Of a DNA stretch of 64,000 bases, positions 34,237 through 43,417 are shown in pieces. The position numbers were made by a program, and so were the translations under genes. The stretch is from contig CAYJKR010000002.1 of NCBI GenBank assembly GCA_964371165.1, forward strand, positions 8,828 through 72,827. The letters are read 5' to 3'. The stretch is from an uncultured Gammaproteobacteria bacterium (lineage in GTDB: Bacteria > Patescibacteriota > Microgenomatia > UBA1406 > GWC2-37-13). Positions within the stretch are counted from its first letter, which is position 1. Each line of letters begins with the position of its first letter. Under the pieces are notes generated by a model, which saw only the letters and a program-made list of their open reading frames with translations, had not been told where the DNA came from and made no database searches.

Positions 34237-37148
34237 GATTTCACGATTAACTCCCGACCGACTTCTATTTTTCGAGCCATGACTCTTTTTTGAATAAACT
34301 CCAGGTTTTCCATAAAGGCGTCCGGAACAGTCAGGTTGATTTTGTCGGTCGGTTTCAAACCCAGTTCTTTTCGTTTTGACTGGATTGTTCTGATAAGCTC
34401 ACGGAGCTGACCTTCTTTTTCCAGGTCCTCTTTGGCAACTTCAACGGACTTTACCGGATAACGAATGTCTTTGTTGACCAAAAGGTTTTTTATATTCAAT
34501 TCCTTAAGAGCCACCTCCCAAACGTCGGGAGAGATCCCTTTATAATTTCCATCTACTTCAACCTCGAGAGCCAAAAGTGGGATTCTTACCTTGACGCCGT
34601 CGGCTTTTCGTTTGGCGTGACCGGCCTCGACCACTTTTCTGATCAATTCCATTTCCTTCATTAAACCGTCATCGATCAATTCTCTTTTTATTGTCGGCCA
34701 GGTTTCCAAATGCACCGATTCCTTTTGGGACAGGTTGGAATAGATTTCCTCAGAGATAAACGGCATAAAAGGCGAAAGAATTATCGGCAGGTTGGAAAAA
34801 ATAAAATATAGAGTGGAATAGAATGATTTTTTGTCGTCTCTGTCCTCGCTATTGACCCAGACGCGGTCTCGACTCCCCCTTATATACCAGGTGGACAGGT
34901 CGGAAACAAACTTCTCGACTTCGATGGCCGCGTCTTTGGCGTTGAACTCTTCTAGGCTTTTTTTGACAAATTCGGCCATAAAGCTGAATCGGCTCAAAAT
35001 CCAGCGGTCGAGGACATTCTTTGATTTTGCCGGGTCGGCTGATATTTTAGCGCCGTCAAGATTTGCGTATTCGACAAAAAACTTGTAGGAGTTCCAAAGC
35101 ATCAGGTAAAACAACCGCCTGACCTCATCCGCTCTCCGATAACCAAAAAGCATGTTGTCGGCCGGATTCTGTCGACTGTACATCCAGCGCATCACGTCGA
35201 CCCCAATTTTATCGGCACCCTCGTTGAATTCGACCGAATTGCCCCAGCTCTTGTGCATCGGCCGTCCGTCCTCGCCCAAAAGAGTCCCAAATCCGAGTAC
35301 TCTTTTAAACGGCGGCTGGTCCTCGAGGACGGTTGACTCGGCAATCAAAGCGTAAAACCAATTTTTGAATTGTCCCGGGAAGCTTTCGGTTATAAAATCG
35401 GGGGGAAACCATTTTTTCCAGTCCTGTTTGTCTTTGAGGTAGAGTGGTTCTCCTTGGTTATCTTCGGTAATTGTCGAATAAGGGACGATGCCGGCGTCGA
35501 GCCACGGATTGCCGACGTCCTCCACCCTGTTTAGGACCTCCCCGCACCGACTGCACTTTATTTTCACTTCGTCTATATATGGCTTGTGGGGTGTCTTGCC
35601 TTCAAATTGATCCCATCCGGAGACGGCCCTCTTTTTCAGTTCCTCCTTCGACCCCAAAACTTCAAAGTGGCCGCACTTTTTACAATCATAAATGGGCAAC
35701 GCCAGTCCCCAATAGCGGTTCTTTTTTGAAATCAGCCAGTCGTGCATGTTTTTCAGCCAATCGAGTTCACGGTCGAGTCCAAACTCGGGCATCCACTTGA
35801 TTTTTTTGGCGACGGCCGTCATTCTTTGCCTCAAGGACCGGCCTTCGAATAATTTATCCATGGCGATGTACCATTCGTCGGCCACCTTCCAAACCAGCTC
35901 GGTCTTGCACCTCCAGCAGGCGGGATAGCGGTGCTTATACCTTTCTATTTTGTACACCCAACCTTTTTCTTTCAAATAATCGAGAACTATTTCCGGGTGC
36001 TTTTTGGCATTTTTTCCGATCAAGAATCCCAGCCCGGTTATATAATCGGCGTTGTCGGCAATAATTGGGATCATCGGCAGACCCAATTTTTTACCCATCT
36101 TGAAGTCCTCGGCTCCGGCCGAGACCGCGGTATGAACCATGCCGGTGCCCTCGGTGGTCGTCACCGGAAGGATTTGTTCGTCGGTGGCAAAGATGATATG
36201 AAACTTGCTGAGATTTTCTTTGGCAACTTTCTTAATGGCAGGCAAATTGTCAAACGGCCCGCTATACTTCAAACCAACGAGCTCCTTGCCCTTGACCGTT
36301 TTGACGACTCTATATTTTTTATCCTTAAATATCACCCCTACCCTATTTTTAACGAGCCAGTACTTTTTGTCGTCTAATTCTATGAGCGAATAGTCGAAGG
36401 TCTTATCAACGGCGACGGCGATGTTGGCGGGAATGGTCCAAGGAGTGGTCGTCCATACTAGAAGATATTCATTATCTTTGCCGTTAATCGGTAGGGCAAA
36501 ATAGACCGAGTCGTGGACCAGTTCCTTGTAGTCTTCGGTCAACATCTCATGCTGGGAAATGGCCGTTTCGCACCTCGGACACCACGGAACCGATTCTCTA
36601 CCTTTATATATCCAGCCGGCGTCATAACATTTTTTCAGGAAGTACCAGATCATGTAGTTGTTTTCGTCGCTCATCGTAAAGTAAGAGTTGTCCCAGTCGG
36701 CAAAGTATCCTAGCCTTTTTGACTGTTCGGTTTGAATATGTGAGAAGCGCCTAACTCTCTCTTTACAAAGCTCGACAAACTTGGCAATCGACGCCTTTCG
36801 GTCGCCCTGAACTAAATTCTCGATGTCTTTTTTGGTCCTCAATCCGAGTTCTTTTTCGACCTCGACTTCGACCCAGAGGCCCTGACAGTCGAAGCCGTTT
36901 TGAAATCTTTGCCGGTAGCCCAGGAGGTTGTAGAAACGGGGCCAGAGGTCTTTGTAGGTCCTTCCCCAGGCGTGGTGGACGCCCATCGGATTATTGGCCG
37001 TTATCGGGCCGTCGAGGAAAGAGAAATATTTTTTGGAGTTTTTGTTTTTGGCAAGATATTTTTTTACGATCCCTTTTTCATACCAATGCTTCAACCATTT
37101 TTCTTCCATTTCCGGGAAATTCGTATTTTGCATAACCGGTTTGAACAT
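34233..37148 (-). CDS. ileS: isoleucyl-tRNA synthetase
   Basis: 971-aa class I synthetase with a HIGH-type motif (MGVHHAWGR) and a KMSKS-type motif (PMHKSWGNS). Also has WCPRCETAISQHE, TTTPWTIPAN in the editing region, and zinc-finger CxxC pairs. Confidence 0.85.
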   Translation of the reverse strand: MFKPVMQNTNFPEMEEKWLKHWYEKGIVKKYLAKNKNSKKYFSFLDGPITANNPMGVHHAWGRTYKDLWPRFYNLLGYRQRFQNGFDCQGLWVEVEVEKELGLRTKKDIENLVQGDRKASIAKFVELCKERVRRFSHIQTEQSKRLGYFADWDNSYFTMSDENNYMIWYFLKKCYDAGWIYKGRESVPWCPRCETAISQHEMLTEDYKELVHDSVYFALPINGKDNEYLLVWTTTPWTIPANIAVAVDKTFDYSLIELDDKKYWLVKNRVGVIFKDKKYRVVKTVKGKELVGLKYSGPFDNLPAIKKVAKENLSKFHIIFATDEQILPVTTTEGTGMVHTAVSAGAEDFKMGKKLGLPMIPIIADNADYITGLGFLIGKNAKKHPEIVLDYLKEKGWVYKIERYKHRYPACWRCKTELVWKVADEWYIAMDKLFEGRSLRQRMTAVAKKIKWMPEFGLDRELDWLKNMHDWLISKKNRYWGLALPIYDCKKCGHFEVLGSKEELKKRAVSGWDQFEGKTPHKPYIDEVKIKCSRCGEVLNRVEDVGNPWLDAGIVPYSTITEDNQGEPLYLKDKQDWKKWFPPDFITESFPGQFKNWFYALIAESTVLEDQPPFKRVLGFGTLLGEDGRPMHKSWGNSVEFNEGADKIGVDVMRWMYSRQNPADNMLFGYRRADEVRRLFYLMLWNSYKFFVEYANLDGAKISADPAKSKNVLDRWILSRFSFMAEFVKKSLEEFNAKDAAIEVEKFVSDLSTWYIRGSRDRVWVNSEDRDDKKSFYSTLYFIFSNLPIILSPFMPFISEEIYSNLSQKESVHLETWPTIKRELIDDGLMKEMELIRKVVEAGHAKRKADGVKVRIPLLALEVEVDGNYKGISPDVWEVALKELNIKNLLVNKDIRYPVKSVEVAKEDLEKEGQLRELIRTIQSKRKELGLKPTDKINLTVPDAFMENLEFIQKRVMARKIEVGRELIVKS

Positions 37149-37189
37149 AGAAATAAATTATAGCAATAAATATGGTAGAATAATAAAAA

Positions 37190-37381
37190 ATGAGTAGAAC
37201 AGAATTAGCAGGAAGCAGTATGCATCGAGGAATCGGCGAAGAGTATAAGCCAAATATATCCAGAAGTAAACGACTAAAAAAACAGATTGAGTACCGAGGA
37301 CCTTTTTTTCCAGGAAAGGTCCGTGTCCATGATCAAGTTAAGCCCAATCCTTCTACCCAGTCATACGTAAGTGGGAAATAA
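37190..37381 (+). CDS. hypothetical basic small protein (63 aa)
   Basis: Track ORF preceded by TGGTAGAAT (extended -10) 8 nt upstream. Contains an internal 8-bp hairpin. No motif. Confidence 0.2.
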   Translation: MSRTELAGSSMHRGIGEEYKPNISRSKRLKKQIEYRGPFFPGKVRVHDQVKPNPSTQSYVSGK

Positions 37382-37427
37382 CTAGGATTAGCGCGGCATC
37401 TTGCTTTTTTCATAATGGAGTTATATA

Positions 37428-37871
37428 ATGGCCAACATGAAGAGAGAATTATGGCAAAGTCGATTTGGCTACCCATATATTGAGGAAGCAGTTCATGGAG
37501 ACGACGGAAACCAACCGGTTCAAAGAATTGTAGAACCTCCCAAAATCAGAACAGACTCCGACCCCTATATTGAAGAACAGGTTCACGATGATTCTCCAGA
37601 ATCCACAACCAAGCAAGCTGTCAAAAAAGAAAAACCTCCTCGACCGATTGCATCATACGGATTGCTTAGTGGTCTAATTGTTCTAGCTAGGTTGCCAGAC
37701 GCAATATTTGGAACTAACGGAGTAAGAACAAAATTAAAAGACTTGAGTACAGCCAACAGAACCAATGATTCTAACTCGGCAAAACGACTAACTATCGAAT
37801 TGAATGATTACTTGGGAGAAGGCAGAATCCGCGCCGTTTCTTCATTTATTCACCAGAAGCCTGGAAAATAA
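37428..37871 (+). CDS. hypothetical protein (147 aa) with an internal PYIEE-VH-D repeat
   Basis: Track ORF with a GGAG 7 nt upstream of the ATG. Repeat YPYIEEAVHGDDG / DPYIEEQVHDDSP, and one hydrophobic segment. Confidence 0.4.
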   Translation: MANMKRELWQSRFGYPYIEEAVHGDDGNQPVQRIVEPPKIRTDSDPYIEEQVHDDSPESTTKQAVKKEKPPRPIASYGLLSGLIVLARLPDAIFGTNGVRTKLKDLSTANRTNDSNSAKRLTIELNDYLGEGRIRAVSSFIHQKPGK

Positions 37872-37879
37872 ATAGTTTT

Positions 37880-38989
37880 TTATTTCTTCCTCAAAAACGC
37901 GGGAATATCAAACTCAGAAGACTCGTCCAAGAATTCCTCTTCTTCAATTTCCTCTTTTATTTCCTTTTTCTCTTCCTGACTGTCTCCTAGAGTTTCCTCC
38001 TCGGGTTCCCTCTTGAATTTAAACAAGCGGAGTTTGCTGTCGTCGAATTTGGTGGCGATTATGGTTATCTTTATCGAATCGAGCATCCGGTCGTCTATAA
38101 CGGCGCCGAAAATTATGTCGGCGTCGGGATCGGCCGACTTGGCAATGATTGAGGCCGCCTCGTCAATTTCGATCATCGAAAGGTCGGGGCCGCCAACGAT
38201 ATTGAAAAGAACTCCGCGGGCTCCTTCAATCGAGACGTCCAGAAGAGGCGAGGAGATGGCCTGCTTAATGGCTGCCATAGCCCGCTTGTCCCCGCTCCCA
38301 ATACCCATACCCATGAGTGCCGTGCCGGAGTTTTCCATGATGCTCCTGACGTCGGCAAAGTCGACGTTGATGAGTCCCGGGGTAGTTATAAGTTCGGCTA
38401 TCCCTTTCACGCCTTGGTGCAAAACGTCGTCGATTTTCCTGAATGCTTCCAAGATGGGGGTTTTTTTGTCAACTATCGTCATGACTTTCTGGTTGGGAAC
38501 GACAATTAGGGTATCGACCTTTTCTTTGAGGCGCGAAATGCCCTCTTCGGCGGTAAACTTTCTTTTTGTTCCTTCAAAATCAAACGGCTTGGTAACGACG
38601 GCGACCGTCAGGGCGCCGGTCTCTTTGGCAACTTCGGCAATAATCGGCGAGGCGCCGGTTCCCGTTCCACCACCTTCCCCGGCGGTTATGAATACCATGT
38701 CGGCTCCGGACAAATCCTCCTTTAATCTTTCCCTCGACTCCTCCGCAGCCTGGCGGCCGACCTCAGGATCGCCACCGCTCCCCAAGCCACGGGTCAGATT
38801 CTCTCCGATTTGGATTTTAATCGACGCTTTGTTGTTCAAAAGGGCCTGGGCGTCGGTATTGACGGCGATAAATTCGACGCCACTGATTCCCCCTTCGGCA
38901 ATCATCGAGGAGAGGGCGTTGCCGCCTCCTCCCCCGATACCAATTACTTTGATTCTGGCCGCTTGTCCGGCGCGTGGCTTAATTAACAT
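37880..38989 (-). CDS. ftsZ: cell division GTPase FtsZ
   Basis: 369 aa with GIGGGGGNA, the tubulin signature [13 protein letters not shown] and an acidic C-terminal tail with DIPAFLRKK. Confidence 0.97.
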   Translation of the reverse strand: MLIKPRAGQAARIKVIGIGGGGGNALSSMIAEGGISGVEFIAVNTDAQALLNNKASIKIQIGENLTRGLGSGGDPEVGRQAAEESRERLKEDLSGADMVFITAGEGGGTGTGASPIIAEVAKETGALTVAVVTKPFDFEGTKRKFTAEEGISRLKEKVDTLIVVPNQKVMTIVDKKTPILEAFRKIDDVLHQGVKGIAELITTPGLINVDFADVRSIMENSGTALMGMGIGSGDKRAMAAIKQAISSPLLDVSIEGARGVLFNIVGGPDLSMIEIDEAASIIAKSADPDADIIFGAVIDDRMLDSIKITIIATKFDDSKLRLFKFKREPEEETLGDSQEEKKEIKEEIEEEEFLDESSEFDIPAFLRKK

Positions 38990-38992
38990 AGG

Positions 38993-40261
38993 TTAGGGTA
39001 TAAACTGCTTGAAAAAATTTTTCAACTTGCCGACCGAACCGCCGATTGAAAAATCTTTCCAAATCTTGTTGAAATTTTTAAACCCGGACTCCCCAACCGC
39101 GCTGTCGTTGGCTCCGTACAAAAGGAGGCCGACGGTCGTGGCATACTGGGGATCGATGACCTCGTCGACCAGCCCGCTTACTTTATCGGGAATGCCCAGC
39201 CTTATTGGTAATCCTACCACTTTTTTTCCTGTTTCGATCATTCCGACCGTCAAGGCCCCGCCCCCGGTTATGATAAGGCCCGACGGGACGAGCTGGCCGA
39301 AGGCACTCTTTTCGATCTCGTCAAAAACCAGTTTGAAGATCTCCTCGAGCCTGGGGGCAATGATTCCGTCGACCAGGCTCTTCAAAGACACCTCGGTCAC
39401 GTCCTCGGGCAAATTCAGGTCTCGGAAATTTAACTCCGGCGTTTTATTTTTCAGTTTTTCCGCTTCCTTAAGATAACGGCTCAAGTGTAATTTAATTTTC
39501 TCAGCCGAGTCCAAGGAGATTCTCAACCCGACGGCGATGTCGTTGGTGATGTGACGGGCGCCTATGGCAATTGAGGACGAATAGGAAAGCGCGCCGTCGA
39601 CATAAATGGCAATGTCTATTTTGCCGCCGCCAATATCGACCAAGACCGCGCCCAACTCTTTCTCGGTATTGGTCAAGACGGCGTCGGCCGAAGCCTTGCC
39701 GGCAAAGACAAAGCCGCGGTTGTTTAGCCCCAGGTCGTCAAAAACCCGGTCGATGTTTTTTAAATTGGTTTGCGAGGCGGTAATAATGTGGGTATCGACC
39801 TCGAGCCTGACTCCCGTCATGCCGACGGCGTTTTTTATCCCCGGCTGCCCGTCGACCATAAAGTCGCGGGGTGAAACGTCGATAATTTCCCTGGTGTTTG
39901 ACAGCGAAATGGCTCGGGCGGCCTCGATGACGCGCTCGACGTCGTCTTCGTTAATCTCACCCTGGGGGTTTGATACGGCCACTATTCCGTGGGAATTTAA
40001 TGAGGAAATGTGGGGTCCGCCGACCGAGACGTAGGCCGAAGCCAGCTTGTGGCCCGCCATTCTCTCGGCCTTTTCGACCGACTCTTCAACCGAAGCGGTT
40101 ACCTCGCCGATGTCGACGATTAGTCCTTTTCTGACGCCGCGAGAGGGCGTCGTATTGAACCCGATGATTTTTAGGTCGGGGCTCGCCTCGCCCCTGACTC
40201 CGACGATGGTGGCGATTTTGCTGCTGCCGACGTCAACTCCACATATTAATTCGTCTGCCAT
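38993..40261 (-). CDS. ftsA: cell division protein FtsA
   Basis: 422-aa actin-fold protein with GVDVGSSKI, VLVDIGGGKIDIAI and IITGGGA. Confidence 0.95.
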   Translation of the reverse strand: MADELICGVDVGSSKIATIVGVRGEASPDLKIIGFNTTPSRGVRKGLIVDIGEVTASVEESVEKAERMAGHKLASAYVSVGGPHISSLNSHGIVAVSNPQGEINEDDVERVIEAARAISLSNTREIIDVSPRDFMVDGQPGIKNAVGMTGVRLEVDTHIITASQTNLKNIDRVFDDLGLNNRGFVFAGKASADAVLTNTEKELGAVLVDIGGGKIDIAIYVDGALSYSSSIAIGARHITNDIAVGLRISLDSAEKIKLHLSRYLKEAEKLKNKTPELNFRDLNLPEDVTEVSLKSLVDGIIAPRLEEIFKLVFDEIEKSAFGQLVPSGLIITGGGALTVGMIETGKKVVGLPIRLGIPDKVSGLVDEVIDPQYATTVGLLLYGANDSAVGESGFKNFNKIWKDFSIGGSVGKLKNFFKQFIP

Positions 40262-40297
40262 TATAATTTTTGCTTTAGCTAAAATTTCAAGCTTCGC

Positions 40298-41023
40298 TTA
40301 TAGTTTTATAACTGGTTTTTTAAATCTTAAATCTATCGACCTAAAATCCTGGCCCTTTATCTTGAGCTGCCTGATAATTTGGTTTACCTCGTATTTCTGC
40401 AGCTCAAAATCCTTGGCCGCGGTAAAAATAATCTTCTTTTCTCCTACGTTACATACTAACATATCGCGGTCGGCAATATCAAGAATATCGACCGGCAAAC
40501 CCAGCCGTGTTAGATTTTGCGAAAACGACAGGCCCAGTTTTATATCCATCAGGTCTAAATAGTCGCCGGACGAATAGGAATAGTAATTTAATTTTTGATA
40601 ATATTTTATCGACGTCAGATCTTCTTGTTTTATTTTTGTTTTGGCAAGAATCCGGCCGTCCTCCGATAAAACAAAAAAACCTAGACTCGCCTCAAGAACG
40701 GCCACCGGCTCGTAAAAATCCGGGTAAAGAATCAAGATCGAAGGAAACTTCTTTTCCACTTTCAAGGCCTTGAGATAAGGATTTTTGTTTTTTAATTCCC
40801 TGGCCAATGTTTCGTCGTTGATTAAAAGCAGGCTTTTGTTCTTGTAGTCGGTCAGCCCGATTATTTTCTGATTGCCTTTAATATTTTTTATCTCGAGGAG
40901 TTTTATCCTTGTCTTTAAATCCAAAAGAAAGATTGCTAAAAAAGACAGCAAAGAAATTACGAAAACGAAAAGGCTTTTCTTAATTTTATTCGAAGAGGGC
41001 GGCGATGATCTTTTTGTCTCCAT
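40298..41023 (-). CDS. ftsQ: FtsQ/DivIB-like cell division protein
   Basis: 241 aa with an N-terminal TM helix followed by a POTRA-like region. Position between murG and ftsA fits. Confidence 0.7.
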   Translation of the reverse strand: METKRSSPPSSNKIKKSLFVFVISLLSFLAIFLLDLKTRIKLLEIKNIKGNQKIIGLTDYKNKSLLLINDETLARELKNKNPYLKALKVEKKFPSILILYPDFYEPVAVLEASLGFFVLSEDGRILAKTKIKQEDLTSIKYYQKLNYYSYSSGDYLDLMDIKLGLSFSQNLTRLGLPVDILDIADRDMLVCNVGEKKIIFTAAKDFELQKYEVNQIIRQLKIKGQDFRSIDLRFKKPVIKL

Positions 41024-42086
41024 CTGTCGGATTTTGAATTGTCAACTGATTGAAGTTTTTTCTGTACAAATCGATGTTTTTAATCATTTCTTTAATTAGC
41101 CTAAATAATTTTTCGCTCGCCTCGACCTGGTGGAAAATTTCGCCGCACCCGGCCTTGGCAAATAACTCCGCGTGCTTCTGCTGTTCCCGGCCGCCCGACC
41201 AGGGCAGGGGGATAAATAGAGCCGGTTTCTTTAGGGCTATTAGTTCAAAAAAAGTATTGGCGCCGGCGCGACCGACAATCAGGTCGGACTTGGAATATAT
41301 GTAGCCGATCTCGTCCTCGAAAAAATGTTTGCTTAAAAAATACCGACTTTTGAGATAGTTGGGAAGAGATTGTTTTATTTTAGACAACTCTTCGTAGTCT
41401 CGGTATTCCTTGGTCTCCCCGACCTGGTGAATGACGATAAAGTCTTTGACCAATTTCTTAATAATTTTTTTGACGTGTTCGTTTATGCTGTGGCTGCCGA
41501 GGGACCCCCCGGTAACATAAATTACCGGGACACCCGACTCGATATTAAATGGCGTTTTCTTGACGGCAAAAATTGATTTCCTGACCGGGTTGCCCGTTAC
41601 GAAAGTTTTTTTTGGATTAAAATATTTTACCGAGTCTGTGAAGGCGACAAAAACCTTTTTGGCAAACCAGGAAACAATTCTGTTGGCGAGCCCGGGGTGG
41701 ACGGTCTGTTCGTGGGTAAAAACCGGGGTTCGGAAAAGATAAGCCCAAAAAGCCACCGGCACCGCCAAGTAGCTTCCAAATGACAAAACCACGTCGGGCC
41801 TTTGATCGCGGACGATAGAAAAAGCGTTAAAAAACCCAATCGGAACGCGAAGTAAATTCCTCAAGCTCTTCAGGGTCAAAACCCTCGTCAACCTGCCAGC
41901 CGTTAAAGCAATAAAGGGAATTTTTAATTTGGTGACCTCTTTGTACTCGAGGGATATGGTTTTTTCCGAATCTAGGGCATATTTTCTGCCGACAAAAACG
42001 ATTTCGACGTTTTTCTTTGTTTTTTTCAACTCTTCGATTACAGCTAGTGCTGGAGCCAAATGTCCACCCGTAACCAATATCTTCAT
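40986..42086 (-). CDS. murG: UDP-GlcNAc:lipid I GlcNAc transferase
   Basis: MKILVTGGHLAPALAV (G-loop), VTGGSLGS and the C-terminal GRAGANTFFELIALKKPALFIPLPW block. ATG 42086 is preferred over the track's TTG 42110. Confidence 0.92.
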   Translation of the reverse strand: MKILVTGGHLAPALAVIEELKKTKKNVEIVFVGRKYALDSEKTISLEYKEVTKLKIPFIALTAGRLTRVLTLKSLRNLLRVPIGFFNAFSIVRDQRPDVVLSFGSYLAVPVAFWAYLFRTPVFTHEQTVHPGLANRIVSWFAKKVFVAFTDSVKYFNPKKTFVTGNPVRKSIFAVKKTPFNIESGVPVIYVTGGSLGSHSINEHVKKIIKKLVKDFIVIHQVGETKEYRDYEELSKIKQSLPNYLKSRYFLSKHFFEDEIGYIYSKSDLIVGRAGANTFFELIALKKPALFIPLPWSGGREQQKHAELFAKAGCGEIFHQVEASEKLFRLIKEMIKNIDLYRKNFNQLTIQNPTDGDKKIIAALFE

Positions 42087-42103
42087 TAATCTATTATACC
42101 CAA

Positions 42104-43225
42104 TCAGCAAACATTTTTGATGCTCAGGCCACAGTGGGGGCAGTTCGTTAACCAGGTGTTTTTGTCCTTGACGTTTTTTTCATAAGGAATCGGCTGGGTA
42201 CAGTGAGGACAAGAGTAAAAATCATGGCTCTTGTCGTCTTTGTCCTCTTCGAGGACCTTCGGCATTTTTTGTTTCAGAAGTCGGTCGAGCGAGGAGAAAT
42301 TATTGAGGAAATTGTCGACCGTGTTCATGAGGTCGTTAATCTTGAATTTTTCTTCCGACCCGCAACTCCCCGACAGCCTCAGCGATTCCAGGCCGTGGCT
42401 TTCCATGTAGTGGAGAATCAGGTGCTTGTAGGAGTTGAGGATAAATTGTTCGTCGACCTCATGCCCCTTAAAAAAAGCCTCAGTCAGTCGATTTTTTATG
42501 GACAGCCGAAGGCTCCCCGAAAATGACTGCCTCAACAATTCCATGGTCTCAAAAAGGCTAAACTCGTAGTCCTTATTGTTTTTGTATATTGTCCTATCTC
42601 CGGCTCGGCCGTTGACTTCGATAAACTGGTCGATATTCAACCTGGTCAAGTAAGGGTGGGAAATCAGGTGACCGATTTTTTCCTGCTCGGTCTGTTTTCC
42701 TGACGCCTCACTATATACGTCGCCCAAAATATCTTGTACCCAGGGCTCGCCATTTTTCGAAACGCTTATCGCCGCATTCCTTATTTTCCCCCCATCGTAG
42801 TACATGACGTAGAGCTGGCCGTCGCGGTATTTGCCGACTTGGGTATACGGATTATCGGGGTCGCCGTCAAAACTGGTTATGCCCGGCGGGCTATACAAGA
42901 GCGAAACCAGCCCCGGGTTTTCGACCGACGAAGTCAGGGCCCTGATCAATCCTTCCTTGTATAGCCCTCCCCTTTCCCTTTCGTCCAAAAAAACCTTTTG
43001 TCCGGTGTCGTGGATCAAAATCTCGTTGTCTTTGCTCAATCCATATGAGTATGGAAGTGAAACAACGTTGTCTTCTAAAACGTGGTTGACGTAAGAGTCG
43101 AGGTTTTGCTCGAGGGTACGGATTTTATCCTTGCCTGATAGCCTGTTGAGCAACCTCGCTTCGGCTCGCGGATTGACTGAATATTTTTTTAGACTAAGGC
43201 CTTCGAGTGAATTAGCGCCCAACAT
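42104..43225 (-). CDS. uncharacterised 373-aa soluble protein with a C-terminal CPHC-x19-CPHC zinc ribbon, directly downstream of a cobalamin riboswitch
   Basis: Long ORF with no competing frame. AGGGA lies 5 nt upstream of the ATG. No TM helix and no motif I can assign. Inserted between ftsW and murG. Confidence 0.75.
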   Translation of the reverse strand: MLGANSLEGLSLKKYSVNPRAEARLLNRLSGKDKIRTLEQNLDSYVNHVLEDNVVSLPYSYGLSKDNEILIHDTGQKVFLDERERGGLYKEGLIRALTSSVENPGLVSLLYSPPGITSFDGDPDNPYTQVGKYRDGQLYVMYYDGGKIRNAAISVSKNGEPWVQDILGDVYSEASGKQTEQEKIGHLISHPYLTRLNIDQFIEVNGRAGDRTIYKNNKDYEFSLFETMELLRQSFSGSLRLSIKNRLTEAFFKGHEVDEQFILNSYKHLILHYMESHGLESLRLSGSCGSEEKFKINDLMNTVDNFLNNFSSLDRLLKQKMPKVLEEDKDDKSHDFYSCPHCTQPIPYEKNVKDKNTWLTNCPHCGLSIKNVC

Positions 43226-43228
43226 GGT

Positions 43229-43385
43229 TGTCCCTGCTCGGGTTCAGTGGTCTTGTCGGTCTTCGGACTTTTCCGATTGCCTCGGAATCACCGCTGCGGC
43301 ACAGCCACGGATTTACACCGTGTTCCCATATCTCACCCATTGGGTGAGTTGTCTTCCCCCGCACTAAGCGCGCGAGGTGACAATA
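43229..43385 (-). promoter_or_regulatory. cobalamin (B12) riboswitch
   Basis: The minus-strand RNA contains the core GGGAACACGGUGUAAAUCCGUGGCUGUGCCGCAGCGGUGA (plus 43286-43327). It also has the hairpin UUCCGA-GGCAA-UCGGAA (43271-43287), the B12 box AGUCCGAAGACCGAC (43255-43269) and a 5' hairpin CUCACCC-AAU-GGGUGAG (43332-43348). These closely parallel the E. coli btuB leader. Confidence 0.85.
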
Positions 43386-43417
43386 ACAAGACTCAAATTG
43401 TAAACAAAATTAATATA

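Noticed and set aside
37298-37322. 8-bp hairpin GGACCTTT-n9-AAAGGTCC as the rho-independent terminator of the dcw operon or of the plus-strand ORF
   Set aside because: No U-tract directly follows on either strand; on minus the nearest T-run is about 14 nt away. The loop is large (9 nt). It cannot be called a terminator from sequence alone.
38013-38996. 327-aa plus-strand ORF, the longest alternative ORF in the window
   Set aside because: It lies entirely antisense to ftsZ, whose identity is unambiguous (GGGTGTGA signature). Its translation is low-complexity and S/P/A/I-rich with no motif. This is a typical shadow ORF of a codon-biased gene.
43131-43367. 78-aa and 71-aa plus-strand ORFs (43131-43367, 43247-43462) over the ftsW-downstream gap
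   Set aside because: They cover the region that matches the cobalamin riboswitch on the opposite strand. They overlap flanking genes and have no coding signature.
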